From assembly GCA_965222375.1 (NCBI GenBank), contig CBDCTZ010000014.1, positions 672,001-736,000 of the forward strand: a stretch of DNA of 64,000 nucleotides, read 5' to 3'. Source of the stretch: Polyangiaceae bacterium. GTDB lineage: Bacteria > Myxococcota_A > Polyangia > Polyangiales > Polyangiaceae. A model generated the notes under the pieces. It saw only the letters and a list, made by a program, of their open reading frames with translations, was not told the origin of the DNA and did no database searches. Shown here in pieces: positions 28,857-41,665 of this stretch (the stretch's first letter is position 1; each line of letters starts with the position of its first letter). Made by a program: the position numbers and the translations under genes.

Positions 28857-30410
28857 ATGCGCATCGCGGCCCACGCCAGCGGCTCGTCCGTAGACGAGCA
28901 GTTCCTGCGAGACCGGGTGTTCATGTACCTGAAGGTGCTGCTGATCGTGGACGTCGCGTTCCACCTGGTCGGCCTTGCTCTCTTCTTGAGTGGGACGAAG
29001 CCACCGTCTGAGATCGAGCCGCAGCGCGAGGCCATTGCCGCGCTGCGTTGGATAGCCACGGGCTTGCTGGTGACTGCTGTGGTGCTGACTTGGAAGTTCC
29101 GTCCGAATCGGCGCATCTTGGTCGCGATCGAAACGACAGCGACCCTGTTGCTCAGTGCAATCTACGTACATCTTTCCCTGCACCTGCCCTCGGGTGGCCT
29201 GTTGTTCGCCATCTTGATGATCTGTCTGGCGCTCACCCTGCGCGCGGCGGTGGTGCCGAGCCCGGTCGGACGTACTCTCTTGGTCGGCGCACTCGCCGTG
29301 GGCGCCAACGCCACCGTGCTGCACCTGTATGTGAACGTGCCGTGGCTCATGGTCCTGTGGAGCACGATGAGTGGTGTGGCATTCGTGTTCGTCACCATGG
29401 TCACTTCCAAGGTGATCTACGGCTTGCGCCGAGAAGCGCGCGCCGCCGAACGCCTGGGGCAGTACGAGCTCCTGCGCAAGCTCGGCGAGGGCGGAATGGG
29501 GGTGGTGTACGAGGCCACGCACGTACTGCTCAGGCGCCCCACGGCGATCAAGCTACTGCGGGCGGACAAGCTGGGCGAGGCGGCGCTGGCACGCTTCGAA
29601 CTCGAAGTACGCGAGACCAGTCTCCTGGAGCATCCAAGTAGCGTGTACATCTACGACTACGGTCGCACACCGGACGGGCAGTTCTACTACGCCATGGAAT
29701 TCCTCGACGGATTCAACTTGGACGAAGTCGTGGGCATCAGTGGGCCCCTGCCCGAAGCTCGGGTCAGCGCGATCCTGGTTCAAGCAGCCCACGCCCTGGC
29801 AGAAGCCCACGCCAAAGGCATCGTGCACCGCGACGTGAAGCCAGCGAACATCATGCTCTGTGATCGCGGGGGCGTGGCGGATACGGTCAAGGTGCTCGAC
29901 TTCGGCCTGGTCAAACAGTCTGGCCCTGCGGATCAGAGCGCGAAACTCACCCTGGACAATTCGATTGTCGGCACGCCCCACTACATGGCGCCCGAGGCCA
30001 TTCAGTCGCCGGAGGATGTCGGGCCTGCGACGGACATCTACGCTCTTGCTGCGGTGGGCTACTTCTTGGTCACGGGCCGCGAGTTATTTCCTGGGAAATC
30101 GATGATCGAAGTGTGTTCCCAACATTTGACGGCTCAGCCCGAGCCTCTCGACGCTGTCCGGGGCGCACCAGTGCACGTCGGTTTTGCCGAGGTCATCTTG
30201 CGCGGTCTGGAAAAGGACCCCGAGAAGCGTTTTCGAGACGGCGCTGAGTTCGCCTCCGCACTCGAAGCGCTGCAGCTCACCGACTGGAACGCGCAGCAAG
30301 CGCGTGAGTGGTGGCAGGAAAACGCTGGGGCTGTTGCTGCGCCAGAGCGCGAGCTGGAAGCGCAGAGTGAGACGAGACTGACCGTCAACATCCAGGCGCG
30401 GCTTGGGTGA
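28857..30410 (+). CDS. Ser/Thr protein kinase with N-terminal multi-TM region
   Basis: [36 protein letters not shown]. Confidence 0.95.
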   Translation: MRIAAHASGSSVDEQFLRDRVFMYLKVLLIVDVAFHLVGLALFLSGTKPPSEIEPQREAIAALRWIATGLLVTAVVLTWKFRPNRRILVAIETTATLLLSAIYVHLSLHLPSGGLLFAILMICLALTLRAAVVPSPVGRTLLVGALAVGANATVLHLYVNVPWLMVLWSTMSGVAFVFVTMVTSKVIYGLRREARAAERLGQYELLRKLGEGGMGVVYEATHVLLRRPTAIKLLRADKLGEAALARFELEVRETSLLEHPSSVYIYDYGRTPDGQFYYAMEFLDGFNLDEVVGISGPLPEARVSAILVQAAHALAEAHAKGIVHRDVKPANIMLCDRGGVADTVKVLDFGLVKQSGPADQSAKLTLDNSIVGTPHYMAPEAIQSPEDVGPATDIYALAAVGYFLVTGRELFPGKSMIEVCSQHLTAQPEPLDAVRGAPVHVGFAEVILRGLEKDPEKRFRDGAEFASALEALQLTDWNAQQAREWWQENAGAVAAPERELEAQSETRLTVNIQARLG

Positions 30411-30595
30411 CCGAGCGGCGCCGAGTTGCAGCGCGCAAAAAGTGCTGGATCAGGGGTGGCGTTTTCGGGTGTTTAGCCCAAGAATTCTCGGAGTAAATCG
30501 CCTACTTTCAGCGCCCTTCCATTCTCATGAAGCGCCATTTGGAGTAGACGACAAGGCGCCAGCTGAGAAAAACGCGTCAGCTGGGGAGAGAGCTC

Positions 30596-31261
30596 ATGCA
30601 AAAAGCCCTGACTCTGTACGACACGACCATCGGCAAGAAGGCGCTGATGGCTGTGACAGGTGTCGTGCTCTTCGGTTTCGTCATCGGACACATGGTTGGC
30701 AACCTTCAGGTCTTTCTCGGGCCCGAGCAGCTCAATGGCTACGCAAAGAAGCTCAAGGATCTCGGGCCCCTGTTGTGGATCGCGCGCGGGGTGTTGATCG
30801 CGTCAGTCGTTGCTCACATCGTGGTTGCGGTGCAGCTGGTCTTGCGCGCCTCGGCCGCCCGGCCCCAGGGCTACCGGCAGAAGCGCAACACGGCCACGTC
30901 CTACGCCGCTCGCACCATGCGTTACAGCGGTCCGATCCTGGCGCTATTCATCGTCTACCACCTGGCCCACTTCACGGCCCCGGGCGTACCCATGGGTGGC
31001 TACGAGCACAGCCACGTAGACGTGTATGCCAACGTGGTTCAAGCCTTCAGCATCCCTTGGGTCAGTGCCGTCTATATCGTTGCCCAACTGCTACTGGGCT
31101 TTCACCTCTACCATGGTGCTTGGAGCTTGTTTCAGTCCTTGGGACTGTCTCATCCTCGCTACGACGAGAAGAAACGCATGGCTGCGCAGACTCTTGCGAT
31201 GGTGGTCATGTTCGGCAACATCGCCATGCCCGTGGCGGTGCTCGCCGGTGTCGTGAAGTGA
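30596..31261 (+). CDS. sdhC: Succinate dehydrogenase cytochrome b subunit
   Basis: [12 protein letters not shown]...HMVGNL; multiple TM helices with His; precedes sdhA. Confidence 0.93.
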   Translation: MQKALTLYDTTIGKKALMAVTGVVLFGFVIGHMVGNLQVFLGPEQLNGYAKKLKDLGPLLWIARGVLIASVVAHIVVAVQLVLRASAARPQGYRQKRNTATSYAARTMRYSGPILALFIVYHLAHFTAPGVPMGGYEHSHVDVYANVVQAFSIPWVSAVYIVAQLLLGFHLYHGAWSLFQSLGLSHPRYDEKKRMAAQTLAMVVMFGNIAMPVAVLAGVVK

Positions 31262-31299
31262 GCGACAAAGCGCCAACCGCAGAGATACGAGGAATCAGC

Positions 31300-33227
<1,928 letters not shown>

Positions 33228-33228
<1 letters not shown>

Positions 33229-34016
33229 TGTCCGACTCCATGCGCATCACCCTGAACGTGTGGCGCCAAAACGGGCCCAAAGAGCCCGGGCAATTCGAGC
33301 GCCACGAGCTGACGGATGTGAGCGAGCACATGTCCTTTTTGGAGATGTTGGACGTGCTGAACGAAAAACTCATTGCGGAGGGCAAAGACCCCGTCGCCTT
33401 CGATCACGATTGCCGGGAAGGCATTTGCGGCATGTGCGGCATGGTCATCAATGGTCGTCCCCACGGCCCCCGGGAAGCGACCACGACCTGTCAGCTCCAC
33501 ATGCGCACGTTCTCCGATGGCGATGAGATCACCATCGAGCCCTGGCGTGCGACGGCTTTCCCGGTGATCAAGGACCTGATCGTCAATCGGCGCGCCTTCG
33601 ATCGCGTGGTGGAGGCCGGTGGCTACGTCTCGGTGCGATCCGGAAGCCCTCGGGACGCCAATGAGATCCCGATCCCGAAGAAAGACGCCGACGCTGCCAT
33701 GGACGCGGCCGCGTGTATCGGATGCGGCGCTTGTGTCGCGGCCTGCCCGAATGCCTCCGCCGCGCTCTTCGTAGCGGCCAAGGTTTCCCACCTCGGGCTC
33801 TTGCCTCAAGGTCAACCCGAACGCTTTGACCGAGTCCGCAAGATGGTCGGGCAGATGGACGTCGAGGGCTTTGGCCACTGCACGAATCACTTCGAGTGCA
33901 TGGCCGCGTGTCCCAAAGAGATCAGCGTGGACTTCATTGCCCGCATGAACCGCGACATGCTCAGCGCCATGGTCAAAGAAACGGACGTCGTCGCGCCGCG
34001 CAAACGCCGTTCCTAG
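33228..34016 (+). CDS. sdhB: Succinate dehydrogenase Fe-S subunit
   Basis: [38 protein letters not shown] overlap with sdhA. Confidence 0.96.
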
Positions 34017-34146
34017 CGCCGTGGATAGACGCTTGCTTCCTCAAGCCTAGTCCCCGCGTGGCCCCTGGCTTCGGGATGGGTTTGGGTCGCATCCCTGGTG
34101 CAGCCTGGGCCACTACTCCCGCCCCAGGCCACGGGGCGTGGGGTGC

Positions 34147-34839
34147 TCACAGTGCCATGCCGGTGATCCCGAGTCCGAACGCGTAGGCGTGGCCGAAGCC
34201 GGGATCCGTCGAGCAGCCCGTGCCGTTCGCGTAGCAGCTCGTCGTACTCCTCGCTCCCGCCCAGACTACGCGCGCGTAAGGACCTATTCGCACATGCTTG
34301 GTGAAAGCGTACTCCACGCCCAGGCCCGCAAACGCACCCAGCGCGCGATTGGACAAGCCCAGCGCCAGGTCTAGGTAGCCAATGGTTCGCCCCGAGCGCA
34401 GCGGGACGGGCCGCAACAACAACGCGGTCGTCAGAATATGATCACGCTCGCCTCCCGTTGCCGACCGGGTGTATGCAACGCTGACGTAGTCGATGGCCAT
34501 GCCAATCCCGAATCCCGAGCCCAGTGGTTTGATTGCATCCACTGCCAAGGAGGTACCCAGTTCTCGTGAGCTGCATTCATCGCAAGCTCCAACCAGAGAC
34601 ACACCGAACTTCAACCCGGCTTCGAACTGCGGAACCGGAGGTTCCTCTTTCTTGGCCTGCTGTGTCGCACCGCCCGCTGCGGAGCAGAGTGCAGGGCCCA
34701 GGGCGACGAGCATTGACACCCGCACGGGGTGAACCAGACGTTTCCTGAGCCCGCCGTGGCCACCTGTTGGGGGGGCCGTGCGGCCACTGTCGAATTCGAC
34801 GTTCCCGCTCACGGCCTGGGCGTGCCCCACGACTGCCAC
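34147..34839 (-). CDS. Putative small outer-membrane beta-barrel protein (start possibly 34713)
   Basis: Signal-like MLVALGPALCSAAGG; alternating strands GYLDLALGL, GLGVEYAF, AFGLGITG. Confidence 0.6.
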   Translation of the reverse strand: MAVVGHAQAVSGNVEFDSGRTAPPTGGHGGLRKRLVHPVRVSMLVALGPALCSAAGGATQQAKKEEPPVPQFEAGLKFGVSLVGACDECSSRELGTSLAVDAIKPLGSGFGIGMAIDYVSVAYTRSATGGERDHILTTALLLRPVPLRSGRTIGYLDLALGLSNRALGAFAGLGVEYAFTKHVRIGPYARVVWAGARSTTSCYANGTGCSTDPGFGHAYAFGLGITGMAL

Positions 34840-34842
34840 CGT

Positions 34843-36240
34843 TCACGGCTTCGGCGTTCCCAGCGCGGCAATCGGCACTCGCGCCAGGCTCGAGGTGATC
34901 GTTTGCGCTCCGGGTACCGGGCGGAGCTGACCCCAGATCTCCCCATTGACGACATCCGTCGCTCGCTGCCAACCCATGCCCTTGGGCGCAGGCGCGTCGA
35001 CCCAGTGGCCATCGACAATGCGCACGGCGCGCAGGGTGTCCAGACTCTTGCGGTAGACCCACCAGCCTTCTCCGAAGCCAGCGCTGACCAAAGTGTTGGT
35101 GATGCCCTCCACGACCCGGACCTTCTTGGCCTTGAATGCCGCTGGCGTGGTGGCAAAGGGGCTCGTCCACAGCTCCAGCGCGCCGCTTTGACTTAGCTCT
35201 TGCCAGGCGATGTCGGTGTAGTCCGTTCGAAAGTCGGTTGCCCAGACGTTCGGCCGCGTGTGCAGCATTTCCACCACGCCGCTCGGGTGGCGCACGGCGA
35301 GCCCCTTGAACTCGCGGGTGAAGAGCAGCTCGTTTCCAAACACGATGGGAGCGTTGTCCTCGCTCACGTCCGGGGGGCGCGGCAACAGCTCTGGCTTGCC
35401 AGTGTAGGTCCAAGTGTAGATGATGTTCGGCACGATCATGGCCAGCGCCATGAAGTTCTTCGAGAATTGCACCTGGTGCACGCTGGTCAGATTGTTGCCG
35501 GTAACGGCTTGGGTCACATCTACGTGCTTTGGCGATGACGAGAGCATTTCGCCGATTTCGCCATACACGACGCGGGACTGACGTCCGCCTTTCGGAATGG
35601 TGTCGTAGTTCACAAGCAAGCTCGCCCCAGATTTCTCTCCAAAGCGGGCGTCGCCGACTATGCAGCCGGTGAGTGTGTTCGGCGATCGCCACGCGGCGAG
35701 GGGTTCGTTCAGATCGTAGATCGCGGTGGCGTTGTCCCTTGTGTCAAAGATAAGACGCAGCGAATACAGGACCTTGCCGCTGACTTTCGTGATCTCCATT
35801 CGATGCCCCAGCTTGGAACCGGGGACGTTGCTGGCTCCTGGCAATGCCGACGTATCCAAGTGGAGGCAACCGGTCACGCCGTTGTCGCAGTCGATCCAAG
35901 GCATAGGCGGCATCGCCTGTTTGGCGTCCTTGGCCTGGAGGTAGTTGCATCCCGCTGGGTTCCAGGCGGGCGTCTCCCAGTCTGCCGGGTTGGGCTGCCA
36001 GCCGCTGCCGTCGCCGGTGGTTCCTCCGGTCGCGGCGGTTGCCCCGCTGTTTCCGGAGCCGCCGGAACCACCACCGCTGACCCATCCGCCGAGGCCGGCC
36101 GTGGCCCCAGTTCCAGCTGTGCCGCCCGCGGAGGCGTCGGTCCGAGGTTGAGCGCCTGAGTCTCCGTCGCACCCAGAGCAACTGACGAGCGCAGCGCAGC
36201 TGAGCGCCTGGCACGCGCGGGCTAGGGTTGCAGGGGCCAC
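34843..36240 (-). CDS. Hypothetical lipoprotein allele A (beta-rich)
   Basis: GTG start with GGAG RBS inside duplicated protease 3' end; ALVSCSGC lipobox; Gly/Thr linker. Confidence 0.78.
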   Translation of the reverse strand: MAPATLARACQALSCAALVSCSGCDGDSGAQPRTDASAGGTAGTGATAGLGGWVSGGGSGGSGNSGATAATGGTTGDGSGWQPNPADWETPAWNPAGCNYLQAKDAKQAMPPMPWIDCDNGVTGCLHLDTSALPGASNVPGSKLGHRMEITKVSGKVLYSLRLIFDTRDNATAIYDLNEPLAAWRSPNTLTGCIVGDARFGEKSGASLLVNYDTIPKGGRQSRVVYGEIGEMLSSSPKHVDVTQAVTGNNLTSVHQVQFSKNFMALAMIVPNIIYTWTYTGKPELLPRPPDVSEDNAPIVFGNELLFTREFKGLAVRHPSGVVEMLHTRPNVWATDFRTDYTDIAWQELSQSGALELWTSPFATTPAAFKAKKVRVVEGITNTLVSAGFGEGWWVYRKSLDTLRAVRIVDGHWVDAPAPKGMGWQRATDVVNGEIWGQLRPVPGAQTITSSLARVPIAALGTPKP

Positions 36241-36431
36241 AGCGCTCCGCTTTCCTGCGGCGGACCTAGAACGTCTGCGCTTTGTTCGCGGACGAGCAGG
36301 TTGCCATCGCCGTCGTCGAGGGGGAGGGTCAGCCCGCGGCGGGTGATGAACGGCGCTGCAGTCAGGTGGCCCTTGCCCTGCATGCGCCCGATGGGGCGAG
36401 CCCGGCGTTTTCCGACCTGCAGCTGCACAAT
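36222..36431 (-). pseudogene. Duplicated 3' 210 bp of the protease gene
   Basis: About 3 mismatches to 38110-38319. Confidence 0.9.
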
Positions 36432-36724
36432 AAGGAGGTACCCAGTTCTCGTGAGCTGCATTCATCGCAAGCTCCAACCAGAGACACACCGAACTTCAAC
36501 CCGGCTTCGAACTGCGGAACCGGAGGTTCCTCTTTCTTGGCCTGCCGTGTCGCACCGCCCGCTGCGGAGCAGAGTGCAGGGCCCAGGGCGACGAGCATTG
36601 ACACCCGCACGGGGTGAACCAGACGTTTCCTGAGCCCGCCGTGGCCACCTGTTGGGGGGGCCGTGCGGCCACTGTCGAATTCGACGTTCCCGCTCACGGT
36701 CTGGGCGTGCCCCACGGCTGCCAC
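36432..36724 (-). pseudogene. Truncated 5' copy of the beta-barrel gene
   Basis: About 3 mismatches to 34547-34839; cut after ELGTS. Confidence 0.88.
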
Positions 36725-36727
36725 CGT

Positions 36728-38128
36728 TCACGGCTTCGGCGTTCCCAGCGCGGCAATCGGCATTCGCGCCAGGCTCGAGGTGATCGTTTCCGCGCCGGGC
36801 ACGGGGCGAAGCTGACCCCAGATCTCCCCATTGACGACATCCGTCGCTCGCTGCCAACCCATGCCCTTGGGCGCAGGCGCGTCGACCCAGTACCCGTCGG
36901 CAATGCGCACGGCGCGCAGGGTGTCCACGCTCTTGCGGTAGACCCACCAGCCTTCCCCGAAGCCGGCGCTAACCAAGGTGTTGTTGTTACCCTCGACAAC
37001 GCGGACCTTCTTGGCCTTGAATGCCCCTGGCGTGGTCGCGAACGGGCTCGTCCACAGCTCCAGCACGCCGCTCTGGCTCAGCTCCTGCCAAGCGATGTTG
37101 AGGTAGTCGGTTTGAAAGAAGGTGGCCCAGACGTTCGGCCGGGTGTGCAGCATTTCCACCGCGCCGCTCGGGTGGCGCACGGCGAGCCCCTTGAACTCGC
37201 GGGTGAAGAGCAGCTCGTTTCCGAACACGATGGGAGCGTGATCTTCGCTCACGTCCGCCGGTCGTGGTAGCAATTGCGGTTTGCCGGCATACGTCCATGT
37301 GTACAGCACGTTGGGCGCGATCATGTCGAGGACCATGAGATCCTCTGAGAATTGTACCTGTTGCACGCTGGCGATCGTGCTCCCCGTAACGGCTTCGTTC
37401 ATGTCCACGTACTTCGGTGCTGAGGACAGCATTTCGCCGATTTCGCCGTAGACGACTCGAGAGCGTTGCCCGCCTTTTGGGAGAGTGTCGTAGTGCACGC
37501 GCACACTCGCGCCTGAAGTTTGCCCAAAGCGAGCGTCACCGATCACGCAGTTCGTCAGCATGTCCGGCGCCCGCCAAGCCGCGAGGGGGCCGTTCAGGTC
37601 GTAGACAGCGGTGGCATTGTCGTAGGTATCGAACATCATCGGCAGAGAAAAGAGGACCTTGCCACTCGCGCCCGAGATTTCCATCCGATGCCCCAGCTTG
37701 GAACCGGGCACGCTGCTTTTTCCTGGCACGGCGGAAGTATCCACGTAGAGGCAGCCGGCAACGCCGTTGTCGCAATCGATCCAGGGCGTGGGTGGCAGCG
37801 CTTGTTTCGCGTCCTTGGCTTGTAGATAGTTGCACTCGGCAGGATTCCACGCCGGGGTCTTCCAATGTGCTGGGTTGGGCTGCCAACCACCGCCGTCGCC
37901 GGTGGTTCCTCCGGTCGCGGCGGTTGCCCCGCTGTTTCCGGATCCCCCGGAGCCACCACCACTGCTGACCCATCCGCCGAGGCCAGCCGTGGCGCCGGTT
38001 CCGGACCCACCCCCGAGGCTGGCGTCGGAGCGCGGGTGAGCGTCCGAGCCTCCGTCGCACCCAGAGCAACTGACGAGGGCAGCGCAGCTGAGGGCCTGGC
38101 AGGCTCGGGCTAGGGCTGCAGGGGCCAC
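36728..38128 (-). CDS. Hypothetical lipoprotein allele B
   Basis: GTG start overlapping the protease stop region; collinear with allele A, roughly 75-80% aa identity by eye. Confidence 0.78.
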   Translation of the reverse strand: MAPAALARACQALSCAALVSCSGCDGGSDAHPRSDASLGGGSGTGATAGLGGWVSSGGGSGGSGNSGATAATGGTTGDGGGWQPNPAHWKTPAWNPAECNYLQAKDAKQALPPTPWIDCDNGVAGCLYVDTSAVPGKSSVPGSKLGHRMEISGASGKVLFSLPMMFDTYDNATAVYDLNGPLAAWRAPDMLTNCVIGDARFGQTSGASVRVHYDTLPKGGQRSRVVYGEIGEMLSSAPKYVDMNEAVTGSTIASVQQVQFSEDLMVLDMIAPNVLYTWTYAGKPQLLPRPADVSEDHAPIVFGNELLFTREFKGLAVRHPSGAVEMLHTRPNVWATFFQTDYLNIAWQELSQSGVLELWTSPFATTPGAFKAKKVRVVEGNNNTLVSAGFGEGWWVYRKSVDTLRAVRIADGYWVDAPAPKGMGWQRATDVVNGEIWGQLRPVPGAETITSSLARMPIAALGTPKP

Positions 38129-41100
38129 AGCGCTCCGCTTTCCTGCGGCGGACCTAGAACGTCTGCGCTTTGTTCGCGGACGAGCAGGTTGCCATCGCCG
38201 TCGTCGAGGGGGAGGGTCAGCCCGCGGCGGGTGATGAACGGCGCTGCAGCCAGGTGGCCCTTGCCCTGCATGCGCCCGATGGGGCGAGCCCGGCGTTGTC
38301 CGACCTGCAGCTGCACAATGCGGAAGCGCGCTGGCTTGTCGCGGCTGGCCGCGACGAGCAGCGAGCCATCTTCCCCAGGTGTGAGGAAGACCTCCCCCTT
38401 CCAGGCGTGCGGAAGCGTGGCTAGCACATCCGCCTGGCCCGTGAGGCCGATGCGATAGAGGTGCACAGCACTGCTCTTCTGGCTGTTCTCCTTGTTGTGC
38501 TTGGGCTTCTTCTTGCCTTGGTACTCTGCGCTCCCGCGCGCAAGTACGAACAGCGCGTTGTGCTGGCTCACGAAGGTCATGGCGATGGGATCCACCGGAA
38601 GACGCCTGCCCTCGAGGGGGATCTCGTTCCATTCCCGTAGCAGCACGTTGAAGTGTCTCAAGCGTGCTCCCGGCTCTCCCTGCTGGCGAGCCAGCACGAA
38701 GAGCGCGCCGTAGGTGCCGGAGAGGGTGGCTGCGCTCGCCGCCACGGGCTGTCCCTGCTTCACGCCCGGGCAGCCCACGGTGGGCTGCCCGGCGCACTGT
38801 CTGAAGGCCCGCTCGCCGCCGGGATCGATGATGATGCCTCGGCTCTCGACCAGGCGGCCGTCGCTCCCCTGCGCGATGGCGCCCTCGAAGGTCATCGTCT
38901 CGAGATCGACGAATGCCAGCCGTGGCGCGAACTCAGCAGCGCGGGCCGCGAGGACGTTGGCGTGCTCCGCCGCCGGTATGACGGTTGCAGTGGGCGAAGC
39001 CAACAATGCTTGCGCCGTTTCGCTGACCAGATCCGTGACATCCGCGGCACCGCTCCGCGTGACGCCGAAGAGGGCGGTCGTCACACTCGGGCGCGGAAAG
39101 ACGTAGATCGGGACGGACAGTCCAAAGCGGCAATTGGGGTCGAGCTTGCACGGGCTGCGCCACCAACCAGGCACACGGAAGAAGTCTTGCAGCGGGATCT
39201 TACCGCCATCGATGTGCGTGCGCACGCGAAGCCGCATCGGCATCCAGTGGCTGGCCAGATCCCTGAGGCTCAGCGGGAACAGGGCGTTGTGGGCGCGCAC
39301 ATTGGACTGCACCAAGCCGTCGATGACGACACCGCTGGCTCCTGCTGTGTCCAAGGGCAGGATCGGATTCGGCGTGCTCATGATGGTCGACTGGTCGCTT
39401 TCGAACAGCCAGTGAAACGCCGGTCGCGGGCTCGGCCCCGGGAACGTGAACAGATCGTTGGCGGTTCCTCGTTCCTGGATGGAGCCCACGGTGAAGGTTT
39501 GGAAGGGTGGGTCGACGCTCATCTCCTTCAGCTCAGGAGCCACCGCGAATAGGTTGGCACTGATTGGGCAACCGCCCGCGACGGCCAGACAGCGGGCCAA
39601 ACGATCCGCTTGATTCTCGAACGGCGGATCGCACTGACAGAACCGATAGCCCGTGTGCCCAACGCTCGGCGTGCCCGTCTGCCCCGGCATACGCGTCGGG
39701 TTGCGTTCGACCAACGATGTCGCGGCCCAGGAGCACGTGCCCCCGATCAGGGGTGACGCTCCGCACTGCACGGGCGAGGGCGCACCGTACTTCGCTGAAT
39801 CCAGGGCGACCTGCTGCTTGCTCAGCTCCGTGCAAGGGATGTTGTCGCAGGCATCGCCCTGGTACCGATTGCGAACCTGGGACACGATGGGCGCCGGCGC
39901 AGGAGCGAGCGGGTTGCCGATCACGTCGTCCTCGCGAAGCCCCGGACGCGGTCCCCACTGCAGAACTTCGCTGTCCTCGTTGCAGTTGTCGCCGTTGTCC
40001 ACCAACTGTGGGCAGAGGTCGCAGGCATCACCCGGGTCCAGCGGGCCGGAGCGGTCGAAGGGATCGTTCGGGAGCTGCAGAAGCGCGTCTGCGGGATTGG
40101 GCGCGTTGGTGTCGTCCGTATTGAGTTGGTCCGGGTTGTAGTCGTTGGGGCAGTTGTCGTTGCCGCTGAACACCAGGTCGCAATCCGGGTCGGCCGCCAC
40201 ATTGCAACTGGGATCGCATAGCTGATTGCTTGCAACGTCGCATCCGGGGGTGCCGAACGTGGTGCGGGCGTAGTCCGTCTCACCCTCCCAACGCCCGTCG
40301 CCGTTGCGATCCACGATGCTCTCGATCCACGCACGCATGGTGGGTGCGGTGATGTCGGCAAAGGCGTCGGTTGTGAGTTCCTCACCGCACAGGAAGTCTG
40401 GGCAGCCTGACTTGTCCCACCAGGACCCAGAAAGCACGCCGATTACGTCCCGCGTAGGAATGACGCCCCTCGAAATGAACAGCGGACCGCCGGAGTCACC
40501 TCTGTTCGTGTGCGGATCGCCGGACTGGATCACCTTTCGTGCGGTCTGCGCCCACAGACCGTAACCCTGCCCGACTTCTACCTGTGTCAGTTCCAGCGCG
40601 CTGGACTCGAATTTCTGGCGCAGCGGTGGTGGCAGTAGGACGAGGCCGCCGTTGCTGTCGATGAAGGGCCTGAGCCCGAACCCGGCGGCACCACCGGAGA
40701 TCACCGCCGCGTTTGCCGGGGCAGGCCAGTTCGGCACCGGGATTTCGTGGAGCGTTGGCCGGACGAAGGACGGCTTCACGGGGGATGCTTCCATCGTAAT
40801 TGGGGCGTCGAGACGTATGATGGCCACGTCCCTTGCCCGTTGGAATGGGGTTGCTCCCTTGTCCGGAACGAAAGACGGCGGCACGTGATTGAAAACCGCA
40901 ACCACCTTGCGCTGTGCGCGCGGCGGCAGCTTGAACACCAGAGCCCCCGCCTGGTTGTTGAGGCCGAAGCTCACGGTTGCACCGACATTCGGCCTGCAGT
41001 GCACGGCAGTCAAACCCAGCGTGGACGTAATGAGCGAGCCTGAACACTCTCCAGAGTTGGTAGAAATGAAGAAAGTCGCATTCGCCAGTGGTGTGTCGAC

Positions 41101-41306
41101 GTCGTCCACACCGTTCGTGATCGCTTGCTGCGTGTTGCCCAGCGCTGGCGCAGGCTTTTCCAGCTCCTGCGAACAGCTCGCCAGCAACCCCAAACCCATC
41201 AGCGCAACCGCTACGCTGCGTGCTGCGTGCTGCGTGCTGCGTGCTGCGTGCTGCGTGCTGCGTGCTGCGTGCTGCGTGCTGCGTGCTGCGTGCTGCGTGC
41301 TCTCAT
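38110..41306 (-). CDS. Trypsin-like (S1) serine protease lipoprotein with thrombospondin type-3 repeats; frameshifted at a 5' SSR
   Basis: LTAVHC, RDVAIIRL, GDSGGPL triad; QQA-ITNG maturation site; NDNCPNDYNPDQ and GDACD repeats; RBS-linked ATG at 41306 is out of frame with ORF 38110-41199. Confidence 0.85.
41221..41297. repeat. (TGCTGCG)11 simple sequence repeat
   Basis: 77 bp of perfect heptamer plus partial units on each side (41214-41301). Confidence 0.97.
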
Positions 41307-41311
41307 CTGAA

Positions 41312-41316
41312 CCTCC
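41312..41316 (-). promoter_or_regulatory. Shine-Dalgarno GGAGG for the protease ATG at 41306
   Basis: Minus strand GGGGAGG-TTCAG-ATG. Confidence 0.75.
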
Positions 41317-41455
41317 CCGAGAGTGTCAGAATACGCTGCGTCGCGGAGCAGTCAAACCCGCGGGACTGATGTGTAGGTGCGTGTGGGCCTGCTGCTGCTG
41401 GTCCGGATTCGCAAACGTTGCAGCGATGCCGCAACGGGACGGGGCCGGCATGAAA

Positions 41456-41665
41456 ACGAAATGACGGATGTCAGCGAGCACATGTCATTTCTGGGATGGT
41501 CGGGCAGATGGATGTCGAGGGCTTCGGCCATTGCACCAACCACTTCGAGTGCATGGCCGCGTGTCCCAAAGAGATCAGCGTGGACTTCATTGCCCGCATG
41601 AACCGCGACATGGTCAAAGAAAAAGACGTCTTGCCTCCCCGCAAACGGCGCTCCTAGCGCCGTGG
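41456..41665 (+). pseudogene. sdhB: Internally deleted sdhB remnant
   Basis: Three collinear pieces matching ~33304-33342, ~33842-33959 and ~33972-34024, including stop and GCGCCGTGG. Confidence 0.9.

Larger units (their letters stand above)
34547..38319. repeat. Tandem duplication, two ~1.89-kb units (34547-36431; 36432-38319)
   Basis: Junction AGCTGCACAAT|AAGGAGGTACCC joins protease 3' sequence to barrel-gene sequence; unit offset 1885-1888. Confidence 0.93.
34025..41455 (-). mobile_element. 7.4-kb island between sdhB and a degenerate sdhB 3' copy
   Basis: Bounded by direct homology (33304-34024 vs 41456-41665); no integrase inside. Confidence 0.6.

Noticed and set aside
40889..41464. Plus-strand ORF with (LRAACCV)4 repeats
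   Set aside because: Antisense translation of the heptamer SSR; the RBS and lipobox support the minus strand.
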